DNA of 64,000 nt from an uncultured Flavobacteriales bacterium. Its GTDB lineage: Bacteria; Bacteroidota; Bacteroidia; Flavobacteriales; BACL11. How positions within the stretch are numbered: the stretch's first letter is position 1; each line of letters starts with the position of its first letter. Position numbers and translations under genes: made by a program. This document shows positions 54,458 through 63,749 of this stretch, in pieces. Location of the stretch: positions 14,456-78,455 of the forward strand of contig CAJWRW010000001.1 in the NCBI GenBank assembly GCA_913046315.1, written 5' to 3'. Under the pieces are notes generated by a model. That model searched no databases, was not told the DNA's origin, and saw only the letters and a list, made by a program, of their open reading frames with translations.

Positions 54458-57400
54458 ATGAGAATTTTAATTGTAATATTATCATTAGTGTTGCTGCCTA
54501 TTTTAGCAAATGCTCAATTCTATTATGGTTTGCAAACCGATTTTGGTAAAAGCAGATTACAACACAAAGATTTTAATTGGACAAGCTATCAATTTCAAGA
54601 ATTTGATACTTATTATTATAGGGGTGGAAAATCGATTGCAGAATATACATCCAAAGAAGCATATAAAATCAAAGCGCAAATTGAAGAAAAATTATACTTT
54701 CCCTTAGAGAAAAGAATTCAGTTTATTATCTACAACTCCTTTTCCGATTTTAAACAAAGTAATATTGGTTACAAACAACATGATGATTATAACATTGGTG
54801 GAAAAACACAAATAGTTGGCAATAAGGTATTGTTGTTTTTTGATGGAGATTACAACAACTTAAATGAACAAATTGCTCATGGAATTTCTAACATATTGCT
54901 TAATGAAATGATGTATGGAGGGAATATGGCAGATGCTTTTACAAATTCGGCTCTTCTGAATTTGCCCAATTGGTTTTTAGATGGTCTGGTAGCTTATATC
55001 GCAAATCCTTGGGATTTTGAGAAAGAAAATCTGGTAAAGGATAAGATTGGTACAGGAACATTTAACAAATTCAATCATTTGGAAAAAGAAGATGCCGCTT
55101 TGGCAGGTTATTCTATTTGGCATTACATCAGCAACACTTATGGCAAAGATGCTGTTGTTCAAATTTTGTATATGGTGAGAACAACTAGAAATGTCGAAAG
55201 TGCATTTCAGTTTGTATTGGTTAAATCGGTAAAAACAATAAATCAAGAGTGGTTGGATTTTTATTTTCAAACAGATGTTACCGGCATTTATCCCTCCTCA
55301 AATCCTTTACCTATAAAGCTTAAAAAACAAGAACGAATAACCACTATAAAAATCAGTCCTAAGGGAAGGAAGGTTGCATTTGTATCTAATGATATGGGTA
55401 AATACAAAATTTGGCTGTACGATTTGAAAAGTAAAAAACAGTCAAAAATTATTAGTGTAGGGCACAAATTAGATCGCATTACAGATTATTCAGTGCCTGT
55501 AATTGCATGGGAGCCAAAAGGGAAAAAGCTGGCTTTTACTACCGAAAAAAATGGTAAAATTCAAATGAATTTTTATGATATGTCAAAAGACAAAATCCAA
55601 TCTTTTGAATTGCAGCATTTACAGAAAGTATTGAGTATGACTTACGATAAAAAAGGGAAAACTCTACTGTTTTCGGCTGTAAGAAAAAATCAAACCGATA
55701 TTTTCACATTTGGAGTTATAGGACATAAACTCATCAATATCACTAACGATAAATATTTGGATGTAAATCCTGCTTTTTCTCCAAACAATGAATTTATTGT
55801 TTTTAGCTCCAACAGAACGGGAGATGTTTTGTACACAGAAAATCAGCTTTTTACGCAAAGCAAAAGCAATGATTTGTTTTTGTATAATTTTAAAACTGAA
55901 AGTCCAAAACTTTTGCGTTTAACCAATACACCTACTATTCACGAAACCCAACCTAAATTTATAAAGGACAATAGCTGCTGGTATTTGGCAAATGAAAATG
56001 GCATTCAAAACAGATTTCATTTGAAAATAGATAGTATAAAAGTAGAAAAAGACACAGCTGTTTTCTATCAGAAAAATGTGGAAATAACTCCCTACTCAAA
56101 TTACAATAGAGATATTATTTACTTTGATGCCGCCCCTAAAGCCAAACGCTTAATAGAATTATTATATCTTAATGGAAATTATACCATATACGATAAAAAA
56201 CTAAGTAGAAAGCTTCAAAAGCCAGCTATCAATTTAACGGATTCCTATTTTTTACAACTAAAAACAAGCAAAATAAATTTCAAAGTTGAATCAAGCCATA
56301 CAAATGTTGATTCCTTATGGAAAACTAAAAAGGTTGATGTTCAAAATTATAAGTTTGGAAGTTTTGAGCAGATCTCAAAGCAGTTGGATAATAGAACTAC
56401 TCTCTTTGATGAAGATAAGAATAGAAACTTGCCCAAAGCACGAAATTATTTTGTGACTTTTGCTACCGATTATGTAGTCAGTCAGTTTGACAACTCCTAC
56501 ATCACAAAAGCCTATCAAACCTATACGAATTACAAAATGCCACTATTTTTAAATCCTGACTTTGATGCCCTAATAAAAGTTGGAACGGCTGATTTGTTTG
56601 AAGATTATAAAATTATTGGAGGGGTACGGCTTTCAGGAGATTTGAAAAGTAATGGCTATATGCTTAGTTTTTTAGACAATAAATCTCGCTTGGATAAATC
56701 CTATATTTTCTCACGGCAAAGTATTAATGTGATAAAAGAAAATGATTTGCAAAAGATTTATTCTTACGAGTTAAAATCTACTTTTAATTGGCCTTTTTCC
56801 GAAGTATTAAGCAATAGAATCACAATAAGTGTCCGCCATGACAAAGAGGTGTTTCTTTCTACTGATTTACAAAATTTGCTAAAAGAAAACACTTTTAGCA
56901 ATTGGCTTACTTTTAAAAATGAGTTTGTTTTTGACAATACCATTGTAAAAGGGCTCAATCTTTATGATGGTGGTAGGTATAAGTTTTTTGCAGAATATTA
57001 TCGCCATTTAGAGAGGAAAAAATCTGATATATTCATTTTAGGATTAGATGCAAGACATTATAAAAAAGTGAGTCATTCCATTATTTGGGCAAACCGATTT
57101 GCAGCTAGCACATCTCTTGGTAGCCAGAAACTGCTGTATTATATGGGTGGGGTAGATGCGTGGCTTTTTCCACAATTCAATAGAGATACTGAAGTAAGCG
57201 AAAACGAGCAATATTCCTATCAAACCCTTGCTACCAATATGAGGGGATTTAACCAAAATGTTAGAAATGGAAATAGTTTTTTTGTAGCAAATACTGAACT
57301 AAGAATCCCCCTTTTCAAATACTTGTTGAGGCGGCCAATTACTTCTGATTTTATCAATAATTTTCAAATTGTAACTTTTGCTGATTTTGGAACAGCTTGG

Positions 57401-57631
57401 AATGGTGGTACTCCATTTTCAAAAGAGAATCAAATTAATTATGAGGTTATTGAAAATGGGCCTGTTACCATTACAATTGATAGGCAGAAAAATCCTTTTG
57501 TGGGTGGATTTGGATTTGGCGCAAGAAGCAGACTATTTGGCTATTTTGTTCGTGCCGATTGGGCTTGGGGAGTAGAGGACGGTTATCTGCTCCCAAATAT
57601 TTTATATATATCTTTGGGGCTTGACTTCTAA
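54458..57631 (+). CDS. 1057-aa outer-membrane protein: degenerate MA-peptidase-like N-domain + PD40/TolB-like beta-propeller repeats + C-terminal Omp85-like beta-barrel
   Basis: Signal peptide MRILIVILSLVLLPILANAQ. IAHGISNILLNEMMYGG...LPNWFLDGLVAYIANPW region. PD40-like repeats (ISPKGRKVAFVSNDMGKYKIWLYDL, WEPKGKKLAFTTEKNGK, FSPNNEFIVFSSNRTGD). C-terminal amphipathic strands with NMRGFN, and a terminal ...ISLGLDF. Confidence 0.75.
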   Translation: MRILIVILSLVLLPILANAQFYYGLQTDFGKSRLQHKDFNWTSYQFQEFDTYYYRGGKSIAEYTSKEAYKIKAQIEEKLYFPLEKRIQFIIYNSFSDFKQSNIGYKQHDDYNIGGKTQIVGNKVLLFFDGDYNNLNEQIAHGISNILLNEMMYGGNMADAFTNSALLNLPNWFLDGLVAYIANPWDFEKENLVKDKIGTGTFNKFNHLEKEDAALAGYSIWHYISNTYGKDAVVQILYMVRTTRNVESAFQFVLVKSVKTINQEWLDFYFQTDVTGIYPSSNPLPIKLKKQERITTIKISPKGRKVAFVSNDMGKYKIWLYDLKSKKQSKIISVGHKLDRITDYSVPVIAWEPKGKKLAFTTEKNGKIQMNFYDMSKDKIQSFELQHLQKVLSMTYDKKGKTLLFSAVRKNQTDIFTFGVIGHKLINITNDKYLDVNPAFSPNNEFIVFSSNRTGDVLYTENQLFTQSKSNDLFLYNFKTESPKLLRLTNTPTIHETQPKFIKDNSCWYLANENGIQNRFHLKIDSIKVEKDTAVFYQKNVEITPYSNYNRDIIYFDAAPKAKRLIELLYLNGNYTIYDKKLSRKLQKPAINLTDSYFLQLKTSKINFKVESSHTNVDSLWKTKKVDVQNYKFGSFEQISKQLDNRTTLFDEDKNRNLPKARNYFVTFATDYVVSQFDNSYITKAYQTYTNYKMPLFLNPDFDALIKVGTADLFEDYKIIGGVRLSGDLKSNGYMLSFLDNKSRLDKSYIFSRQSINVIKENDLQKIYSYELKSTFNWPFSEVLSNRITISVRHDKEVFLSTDLQNLLKENTFSNWLTFKNEFVFDNTIVKGLNLYDGGRYKFFAEYYRHLERKKSDIFILGLDARHYKKVSHSIIWANRFAASTSLGSQKLLYYMGGVDAWLFPQFNRDTEVSENEQYSYQTLATNMRGFNQNVRNGNSFFVANTELRIPLFKYLLRRPITSDFINNFQIVTFADFGTAWNGGTPFSKENQINYEVIENGPVTITIDRQKNPFVGGFGFGARSRLFGYFVRADWAWGVEDGYLLPNILYISLGLDF

Positions 57632-57641
57632 AAACAAACAT

Positions 57642-58010
57642 ATGAGTATTTCAACGATTCTTATTCTTATTATAGTCGGTTTATTAGCGGGCATTTTAAG
57701 CGGTATTGTTGGTATTGGGGGTGGGCTTTTGATGATTCCTATGCTGATTTTCTTTTTAGGGATTTCGCAACATGCTGCACAAGGAACTTCTTTAGCAGTT
57801 ATGCTTCCGCCAATTGGCATTTTGGCTGCTATGAACTATTACAAAGCCGGTTTTATTGAATGGAAATTTGCATTTATTATTGCTACTGCTTTTATAATTG
57901 GAGGATATTTTGGGTCTAAGTTTGCAGTAAGCGTTTCATCCGTTTTGCTGAAAAAGATTTTTGGAGCCGTACTATTTGTTGCAGCCGTTAAAATGATATT
58001 TGGCAAGTGA
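57642..58010 (+). CDS. half-size TauE/SafE-family (sulfite exporter-like) membrane protein
   Basis: LAGILSGIVGIGGGLLMIPML ... AQGTSL motifs of TauE/SafE, but only about 122 aa with 4 TM segments. I chose the ATG at 57642 over the ORF-track TTG at 57621, which overlaps the upstream gene. Confidence 0.75.
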   Translation: MSISTILILIIVGLLAGILSGIVGIGGGLLMIPMLIFFLGISQHAAQGTSLAVMLPPIGILAAMNYYKAGFIEWKFAFIIATAFIIGGYFGSKFAVSVSSVLLKKIFGAVLFVAAVKMIFGK

Positions 58011-59179
58011 TTTTGCAAGAAAAAATAAAATCTTTATCATTAGCATTACTGCCTGAAATAGTTGAAATAAGAAGGTATTTGCACATGCATCCTGAACTTT
58101 CTTTTCAGGAATATGAAACTTCTAAATTCATCAAATCCATTTTAAAAAAATGGAGGATTCCATTTCAAGAAAATATTGCTAATACTGGAATTGTTGTGCT
58201 CCTAAAAGGAAAAAATTGTGAAAAAAAATGTGTAGGATTAAGAGCAGATTTTGATGCTCTACCTATTAATGAAGAAAATGATGTAGATTATTGTTCGAAA
58301 AATGATGGTGTGATGCACGCTTGTGGACATGATGCGCATACGGCTTCACTTTTGGGAGCGGTAAATATCTTAAATGAGATACAACAAGAGTGGGAGGGGA
58401 GTGTAAAATTCATTTTCCAACCGGCTGAAGAACGATTGCCAGGAGGGGCACAACAAATGATAAAGGAAGGGGTATTGGAAAATCCAAAAATAGATTATAT
58501 GTTCGGGCAACATGTTTTTCCAGATCTAGAAGTGGGAAAGGTAGGCTTTAAAGCAGGGCAATACATGGCTTCAACAGATGAATTACACATTACAATTAAT
58601 GGAAAAGGTGGACATGCAGCATTACCTGAAAAAAATAAAAACCCTATTCAAGTTGCTAGTGAGCTGACCAGTATTTTGTACGACTATTTTGAGCAGCAAA
58701 CAGAAATTCCTTCTGTCTTTTCTATAGGTTATTTTCAAGGATTAGGCTCTACCAATATAGTACCTGACAAGGTAGAAATGATGGGAACGCTCCGAGCAAT
58801 GCATGAAGATTGGCGAGTAAATGCTCACAAAAAGATATTGTCAGTTTCTGCAGCATTAGCAAAAAAATATCAAGTTGAAATTGATTCTGAGATTAGAAAG
58901 GGCTATCCCTTTTTGGAAAACGATAAAGTACTAACTACAAAGGCAGTAGAAAGTGCAAAAACTTATTTAGGAGCAGAGAATGTGGTCCAACTCCCTATTA
59001 GAATGACGGCAGAAGATTTTGCTTATTTTACAAAAGAGCTTCCTGCTTGTTTTTACCGATTAGGCACAGCCAATACCGCAGAAGGAATTACCCATGGATT
59101 ACATACCTCACGCTTTGATATTGATGAAAAGGCGCTCGAAATAGGAATGGGCTTAATGGCTTGGCTTACTATTAACTAA
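58007..59179 (+). CDS. M20-family amidohydrolase (N-acyl-L-amino acid amidohydrolase / hippurate hydrolase type)
   Basis: RRYLHMHPELSFQE, MHACGHDAH and FIFQPAEE motifs. GTG start overlaps the upstream TGA (GTGA). Confidence 0.88.
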   Translation: MILQEKIKSLSLALLPEIVEIRRYLHMHPELSFQEYETSKFIKSILKKWRIPFQENIANTGIVVLLKGKNCEKKCVGLRADFDALPINEENDVDYCSKNDGVMHACGHDAHTASLLGAVNILNEIQQEWEGSVKFIFQPAEERLPGGAQQMIKEGVLENPKIDYMFGQHVFPDLEVGKVGFKAGQYMASTDELHITINGKGGHAALPEKNKNPIQVASELTSILYDYFEQQTEIPSVFSIGYFQGLGSTNIVPDKVEMMGTLRAMHEDWRVNAHKKILSVSAALAKKYQVEIDSEIRKGYPFLENDKVLTTKAVESAKTYLGAENVVQLPIRMTAEDFAYFTKELPACFYRLGTANTAEGITHGLHTSRFDIDEKALEIGMGLMAWLTIN

Positions 59180-59687
59180 TCAGCTTTTTGCCAATTTCAG
59201 CAAATTCTGTTGTAAATAATTTTATTCTCTCTTTTACATCAGGGCTTGATACTTTATCATCTGTAAAATCTTTTCCGGTAGCATATACTATTCTTGGCAG
59301 TTGTATCATGCGCCACTCATTCATGCAAATTTGCGTAAGGTGCATGGTAGAAAGGTAGCTTTTTTCACCTCCAGCAGCACAAGCAATACCAAAGAATTTC
59401 CCTTCAACTTTTTTGCAGCAATTATCTAAAATTATTTTTAAGCCATCATTTACAGAATAACAATGCACCCCCATACCAAAAATGATGTTGTCTGCATCTC
59501 CTGCTTGTTTGCTTAGCTCCTGCATAGATTGACTCATTCCTTTATGGCAGGGAAGTAATTCCAGCTCTCTAGCATCAACAAAAGTAGTATCTACCCCATT
59601 TTTTTCTAATAGTTCTTGTATTTCCTTACATAAAATGAAGGAGCGAGAAGTTTCAGAAAGGGAAGAAGAAATAATGAGGCTTTTCAT
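59172..59687 (-). CDS. NAD(P)H-dependent FMN reductase / flavodoxin-like-fold protein
   Basis: MKSLIISSSLSETSRS N-terminal phosphate-binding loop typical of the FMN_red family; 171 aa. Confidence 0.75.
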   Translation of the reverse strand: MKSLIISSSLSETSRSFILCKEIQELLEKNGVDTTFVDARELELLPCHKGMSQSMQELSKQAGDADNIIFGMGVHCYSVNDGLKIILDNCCKKVEGKFFGIACAAGGEKSYLSTMHLTQICMNEWRMIQLPRIVYATGKDFTDDKVSSPDVKERIKLFTTEFAEIGKKLIS

Positions 59688-59688
59688 A

Positions 59689-61872
59689 TCAATTGCCTAT
59701 TTCTGAGATAAACTGCATGCGCATTACTCTTAATTCTTCATCTGTAAATTCATCTTCATCAAATTCATCTCTCAATTCGTCAAATGAAGCTTCTTTCGAT
59801 TCAGCTAGCACTTGATTTAGTTCTTCAACCTGATAATCTTCAAAGGTTTCATTAATCAGATAAGATAGGTTGAGTTTTGTTCCAGAATCCACAATAGATT
59901 CCATTTCTGATAATAATTCATCAACCGTAATTCTTTTTGCAGAAGCGATATCAGATAGGGGTAGCTTTTTATCTATGTTTTGTATAATATAGATTTTGTT
60001 TACTGATTTATTTGCCAATGAGCGTACCATCATGTCAGATGGTCTTTCAATATCATTATCTTCCACATATTTTTTGATAATATCAATAAAAGATTGCCCG
60101 TATTTTTGAGCCTTTCCTTTGCCAACTCCTTGAATTTGCCCCATTTCTTCCATAGTAATAGGATATTGATTAGCCATATCTGTTAATGAAGGCTCTAAGA
60201 AAATAATAGGTGGAGGTAATGAGCTTGCTTTTGCAATTTTTTTTCTGTGGTCTTTCAAAATTTTGAAAAGCACCATATCTGCAGCAGTTCCTTTTTGTTG
60301 CTCAACCGATTCGGATTTTAGTTGATCATAATCATGATCCTCAGTCAATTCGAATGTAGAAGGATTTTTCAAAAATACTTTTCCTGCCTCAGTCACTTTT
60401 AATATGCCGTATGTTTCAATTTCTTTAGTGATGAGTCCTTTAACATATGCCTGCCTGATTACAGCATGCCAAAACTCTTTGCTTTTTTCTTTTCCAGAGC
60501 CGTACGCATCACTAATTAACGATTGATGTTGCTTGATTAAACTATTACTTTCACCCACCAACACTTTTACCGTTTCTTTTGCTTTGAAACTTTCATTACA
60601 AGCAAGCATCGTTTTCATGAGTTTAATCACAAAATCCTTCCCCTCAAATTTTGGCTTAGGATGTTTGCAATTGTCACACATAGAATCACACTTATTATCA
60701 TTAAATTCCTCTCCAAAATAATGCAATAAGTATTTTCTTCTGCACATGGATGTTTCTGCAAAAGAAATAGTTTCTAAAATCAAAAGTCTTCCGACTTCCA
60801 CTTCTGAAACCGGTTTTCCATGCAAGAAGTTTTCTAATTTTTCAATGTCTTTGTAGGAATAGAAAGTTACGCAATGCCCTTCTCCTCCATCTCTTCCTGC
60901 ACGCCCAGTTTCTTGATAATAACCCTCCAAACTTTTAGGAATATCATGATGGATGACAAAGCGAATATCAGGTTTATCAATTCCCATCCCAAAAGCAATT
61001 GTTGCTACAATCACATCACAATCTTCCATTAAAAAGGCATCCTGATGTGCTACCCTTAGTTTGCTTTCCAATCCTGCATGATAAGGTAGTGCATTAATAC
61101 CATTTACTTGAAGTGTTTCAGCAATTTCTTCTACCTTTTTTCTGCTCAAACAATAAATTATCCCAGACTTTCCATTAGTTTCTTTTATAAATTTGATAAT
61201 CTCTTTTTCCACATTAATTTTAGGGCGAATATCATAAAACAGGTTTTCTCTATTAAAGGAATCTAAAAAGAGTGTAGCATTCTCCATCTTCAAGTTTTTT
61301 TGGATGTCTTGCTGTACTTTTGGTGTGGCAGTAGCTGTAAGCGCTATTATTGGTCTTCTGCCAATATTGTCAATAATTTGCCTGAGTTTTCGGTATTCTG
61401 GCCTAAAATCATGCCCCCATTCCGAAATGCAATGTGCCTCATCTACTGCATAAAAGGAAATCTTTAATGTTCTTAAAAACAAAATGTACTCTTCCTTTGT
61501 AAGTGATTCTGGGGCTACATATAAAAGTTTGGTTCTTCCAGAAGCCAAATCATCTTTTACTTCTTGAACTTGCTGCTTGTTTAATGATGAATTCAGCACA
61601 TGTGCAATAGCATCATTCTCACTAAACCCTCTAAGCGCATCAACCTGATTTTTCATCAGAGCAATAAGCGGAGAAACAATGATGGCTACTCCTTTATCTA
61701 TTAGAGCAGGAAGTTGATAACACATGGATTTTCCTCCACCAGTAGGCATAATTACCAAAGAATCTTTTCCCTCTTGCAAGTTTCTTATTATTTCCTCTTG
61801 ACGGCCTTTAAAACTATTAAACCCAAAAATGCTTTTCAGTTGCTGATGTAATGTAAGTTGAGATTTAATCAT
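59689..61872 (-). CDS. recQ: ATP-dependent DNA helicase RecQ
   Basis: MPTGGGKS, DEAHCISEWGHDFRPEY, LTATAT and QETGRAGRDG motifs. Zn-binding Cys cluster (CRRK...CDSMCDNC). Winged-helix and HRDC regions. Confidence 0.96.
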   Translation of the reverse strand: MIKSQLTLHQQLKSIFGFNSFKGRQEEIIRNLQEGKDSLVIMPTGGGKSMCYQLPALIDKGVAIIVSPLIALMKNQVDALRGFSENDAIAHVLNSSLNKQQVQEVKDDLASGRTKLLYVAPESLTKEEYILFLRTLKISFYAVDEAHCISEWGHDFRPEYRKLRQIIDNIGRRPIIALTATATPKVQQDIQKNLKMENATLFLDSFNRENLFYDIRPKINVEKEIIKFIKETNGKSGIIYCLSRKKVEEIAETLQVNGINALPYHAGLESKLRVAHQDAFLMEDCDVIVATIAFGMGIDKPDIRFVIHHDIPKSLEGYYQETGRAGRDGGEGHCVTFYSYKDIEKLENFLHGKPVSEVEVGRLLILETISFAETSMCRRKYLLHYFGEEFNDNKCDSMCDNCKHPKPKFEGKDFVIKLMKTMLACNESFKAKETVKVLVGESNSLIKQHQSLISDAYGSGKEKSKEFWHAVIRQAYVKGLITKEIETYGILKVTEAGKVFLKNPSTFELTEDHDYDQLKSESVEQQKGTAADMVLFKILKDHRKKIAKASSLPPPIIFLEPSLTDMANQYPITMEEMGQIQGVGKGKAQKYGQSFIDIIKKYVEDNDIERPSDMMVRSLANKSVNKIYIIQNIDKKLPLSDIASAKRITVDELLSEMESIVDSGTKLNLSYLINETFEDYQVEELNQVLAESKEASFDELRDEFDEDEFTDEELRVMRMQFISEIGN

Positions 61873-61900
61873 TCAATCCATAATATTTTTCTAAAAGTAA

Positions 61901-61908
61901 TACTTTTG
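61901..61908 (+). promoter_or_regulatory. candidate -7 box (TACTTTTG) for kdsD-tatC-lptB
   Basis: Exact TAnnTTTG match 50 nt upstream of the TTG start at 61959. Confidence 0.3.
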
Positions 61909-61958
61909 CATAAACAAAAAGAAATAAAAATAAAATATTTAGTTAAATATAAAAGAAA

Positions 61959-62924
61959 TTGAAGTCCCCAGCACAAATAATAGCTATTGCTAAATCTGTT
62001 ATCCGATTGGAAGCAGAAGAGATCAATGCTCTTGAGGGAAAAATAAACGATGCTTTTGTAAAAGCGGTATCATTGATTTTATCATCTGAAGGAAGGGTAA
62101 TAGTAGCTGGTGTAGGAAAATCAGCCAATATAGCCAGTAAAATAGTGGCTACTCTTAATTCGACAGGGCAGCCAGCGGTTTTTTTGCACGCTGCAGATGC
62201 TATTCATGGCGATTTGGGAAATATCCAAAAGAATGACATTGTTATTTGTATTTCAAAAAGCGGAAACACAGAAGAAATTAAATATCTGCTTCAACTTATT
62301 AAAAATATGGGCAATGCAATAATTGCCATTTGTGGAAATAATGATTCTTATCTTGCTAATCAGGCCGATTGTTTTTTAGATGCAAGTATTGAAAAAGAAG
62401 CTTGCCCGCATAATTTAGCGCCAACTTCAAGTACTACTGCTCAACTGGTATTAGGGGATGCTTTAGCTGTTTGCCTTTTGAAAAGTAAAAATTTTAGTGA
62501 CAAAGATTTTGCAAGATTTCATCCTGGAGGCACATTAGGTAAAAGGCTGTATCTCAAAGCAGGCGATATAGTAGCAAAAAATGAGAAGCCTACTGTTCAG
62601 CCTGATGAATGTGTTGCCAATGTTATTATTGAAATTTCGCAAAAAAGATTAGGTGCTGCTGCAGTTTTAGAGAAGGGAAAACTTATCGGAATTATCACTG
62701 ATGGGGATCTTAGAAGAATGTTGGAAAAGGGGTATAAAATAGATCAGTTGTTAGCTAAAGATATTATGAATAATAATCCGAAAAGCATTTGCGTTTCTAC
62801 ACTAGCAATTGATGCGCTAAAAATGATGGAAAACCATAATGTTAGTCAACTGATAGTGGTAGATAAAGAGAATTATATTGGTATTATTCATATGCACGAT
62901 ATTATTAAAGAAGGTATTGCTTAA
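61959..62924 (+). CDS. kdsD: arabinose-5-phosphate isomerase (KpsF/GutQ/KdsD family; SIS + CBS pair)
   Basis: SIS motifs GVGKSANIA and SKSGNTEE plus a C-terminal CBS pair. TTG start: an in-frame TAA lies three codons upstream and there is no ATG for more than 100 codons. Confidence 0.9.
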   Translation: MKSPAQIIAIAKSVIRLEAEEINALEGKINDAFVKAVSLILSSEGRVIVAGVGKSANIASKIVATLNSTGQPAVFLHAADAIHGDLGNIQKNDIVICISKSGNTEEIKYLLQLIKNMGNAIIAICGNNDSYLANQADCFLDASIEKEACPHNLAPTSSTTAQLVLGDALAVCLLKSKNFSDKDFARFHPGGTLGKRLYLKAGDIVAKNEKPTVQPDECVANVIIEISQKRLGAAAVLEKGKLIGIITDGDLRRMLEKGYKIDQLLAKDIMNNNPKSICVSTLAIDALKMMENHNVSQLIVVDKENYIGIIHMHDIIKEGIA

Positions 62925-63749
62925 ATGAGCACAGATCAACAAAAAGGGGATATGTCATTCTTAGAGCATTTGGAAGTATTCAGATGGCATTTGGCACGTT
63001 CAGCATTTGCCATTCTATTTTTTGCAATATTGGCATTTATTTACAAAGGCATTGTATTCGATAGTATTTTGCTTGGGCCAAAGAACCCTGATTTTCCTAC
63101 TTACAAGATACTTTGTTACTTATCTCAACAATTAGGTATGGGAGATGCGCTTTGCATGGATGAGTTGCCTTTTATTCTGATGAATATTAGCATGTCAGGG
63201 CAGTTCAGTACACACATTATGACTTCTATTGTTGCAGGCTTTGTGGTTGCATTTCCTTATGTGTTTTGGGAAATGTGGCGATTTATTGCTCCTGCTTTAT
63301 ATGAAAAAGAAAGTAGTGTAGCAAAGGGAGTAGTATTTTTTTCCTCTTCACTTTTTCTGCTTGGTATTTTGTTTGGTTATTATGTTGTTTCTCCTTTATC
63401 CGTTCATTTTTTAGGCTCATATCAGGTGAGTCAAACGGTAGCTAACCAGATTAGTTTAAGTTCTTTTATAAGTACAATAACTACTGTTTGCTTGGCAAAT
63501 GGTGTGGTTTTCGAATTGCCTATTCTGGTTTATTTTTTAACAAAAATAGGCCTGATAACCCCATCATTTATGCGTACTTATAGAAAACATGCATTGGTGC
63601 TTACGCTTATTTTTTCTTCAATCATCACCCCACCAGATGTTACTTCTCAAATTTTGGTAGCACTACCACTGATGGTGCTTTATGAAATCAGTATTGGGAT
63701 ATCAGCAAGAGTACTTAAAAAACAAGAAAAGCAATTCAGTAAGCAATGA
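62925..63749 (+). CDS. tatC: twin-arginine translocase subunit TatC
   Basis: [14 protein letters not shown]-terminus, 6 TM segments and the typical TPPD motif ([10 protein letters not shown]). Confidence 0.92.
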   Translation: MSTDQQKGDMSFLEHLEVFRWHLARSAFAILFFAILAFIYKGIVFDSILLGPKNPDFPTYKILCYLSQQLGMGDALCMDELPFILMNISMSGQFSTHIMTSIVAGFVVAFPYVFWEMWRFIAPALYEKESSVAKGVVFFSSSLFLLGILFGYYVVSPLSVHFLGSYQVSQTVANQISLSSFISTITTVCLANGVVFELPILVYFLTKIGLITPSFMRTYRKHALVLTLIFSSIITPPDVTSQILVALPLMVLYEISIGISARVLKKQEKQFSKQ

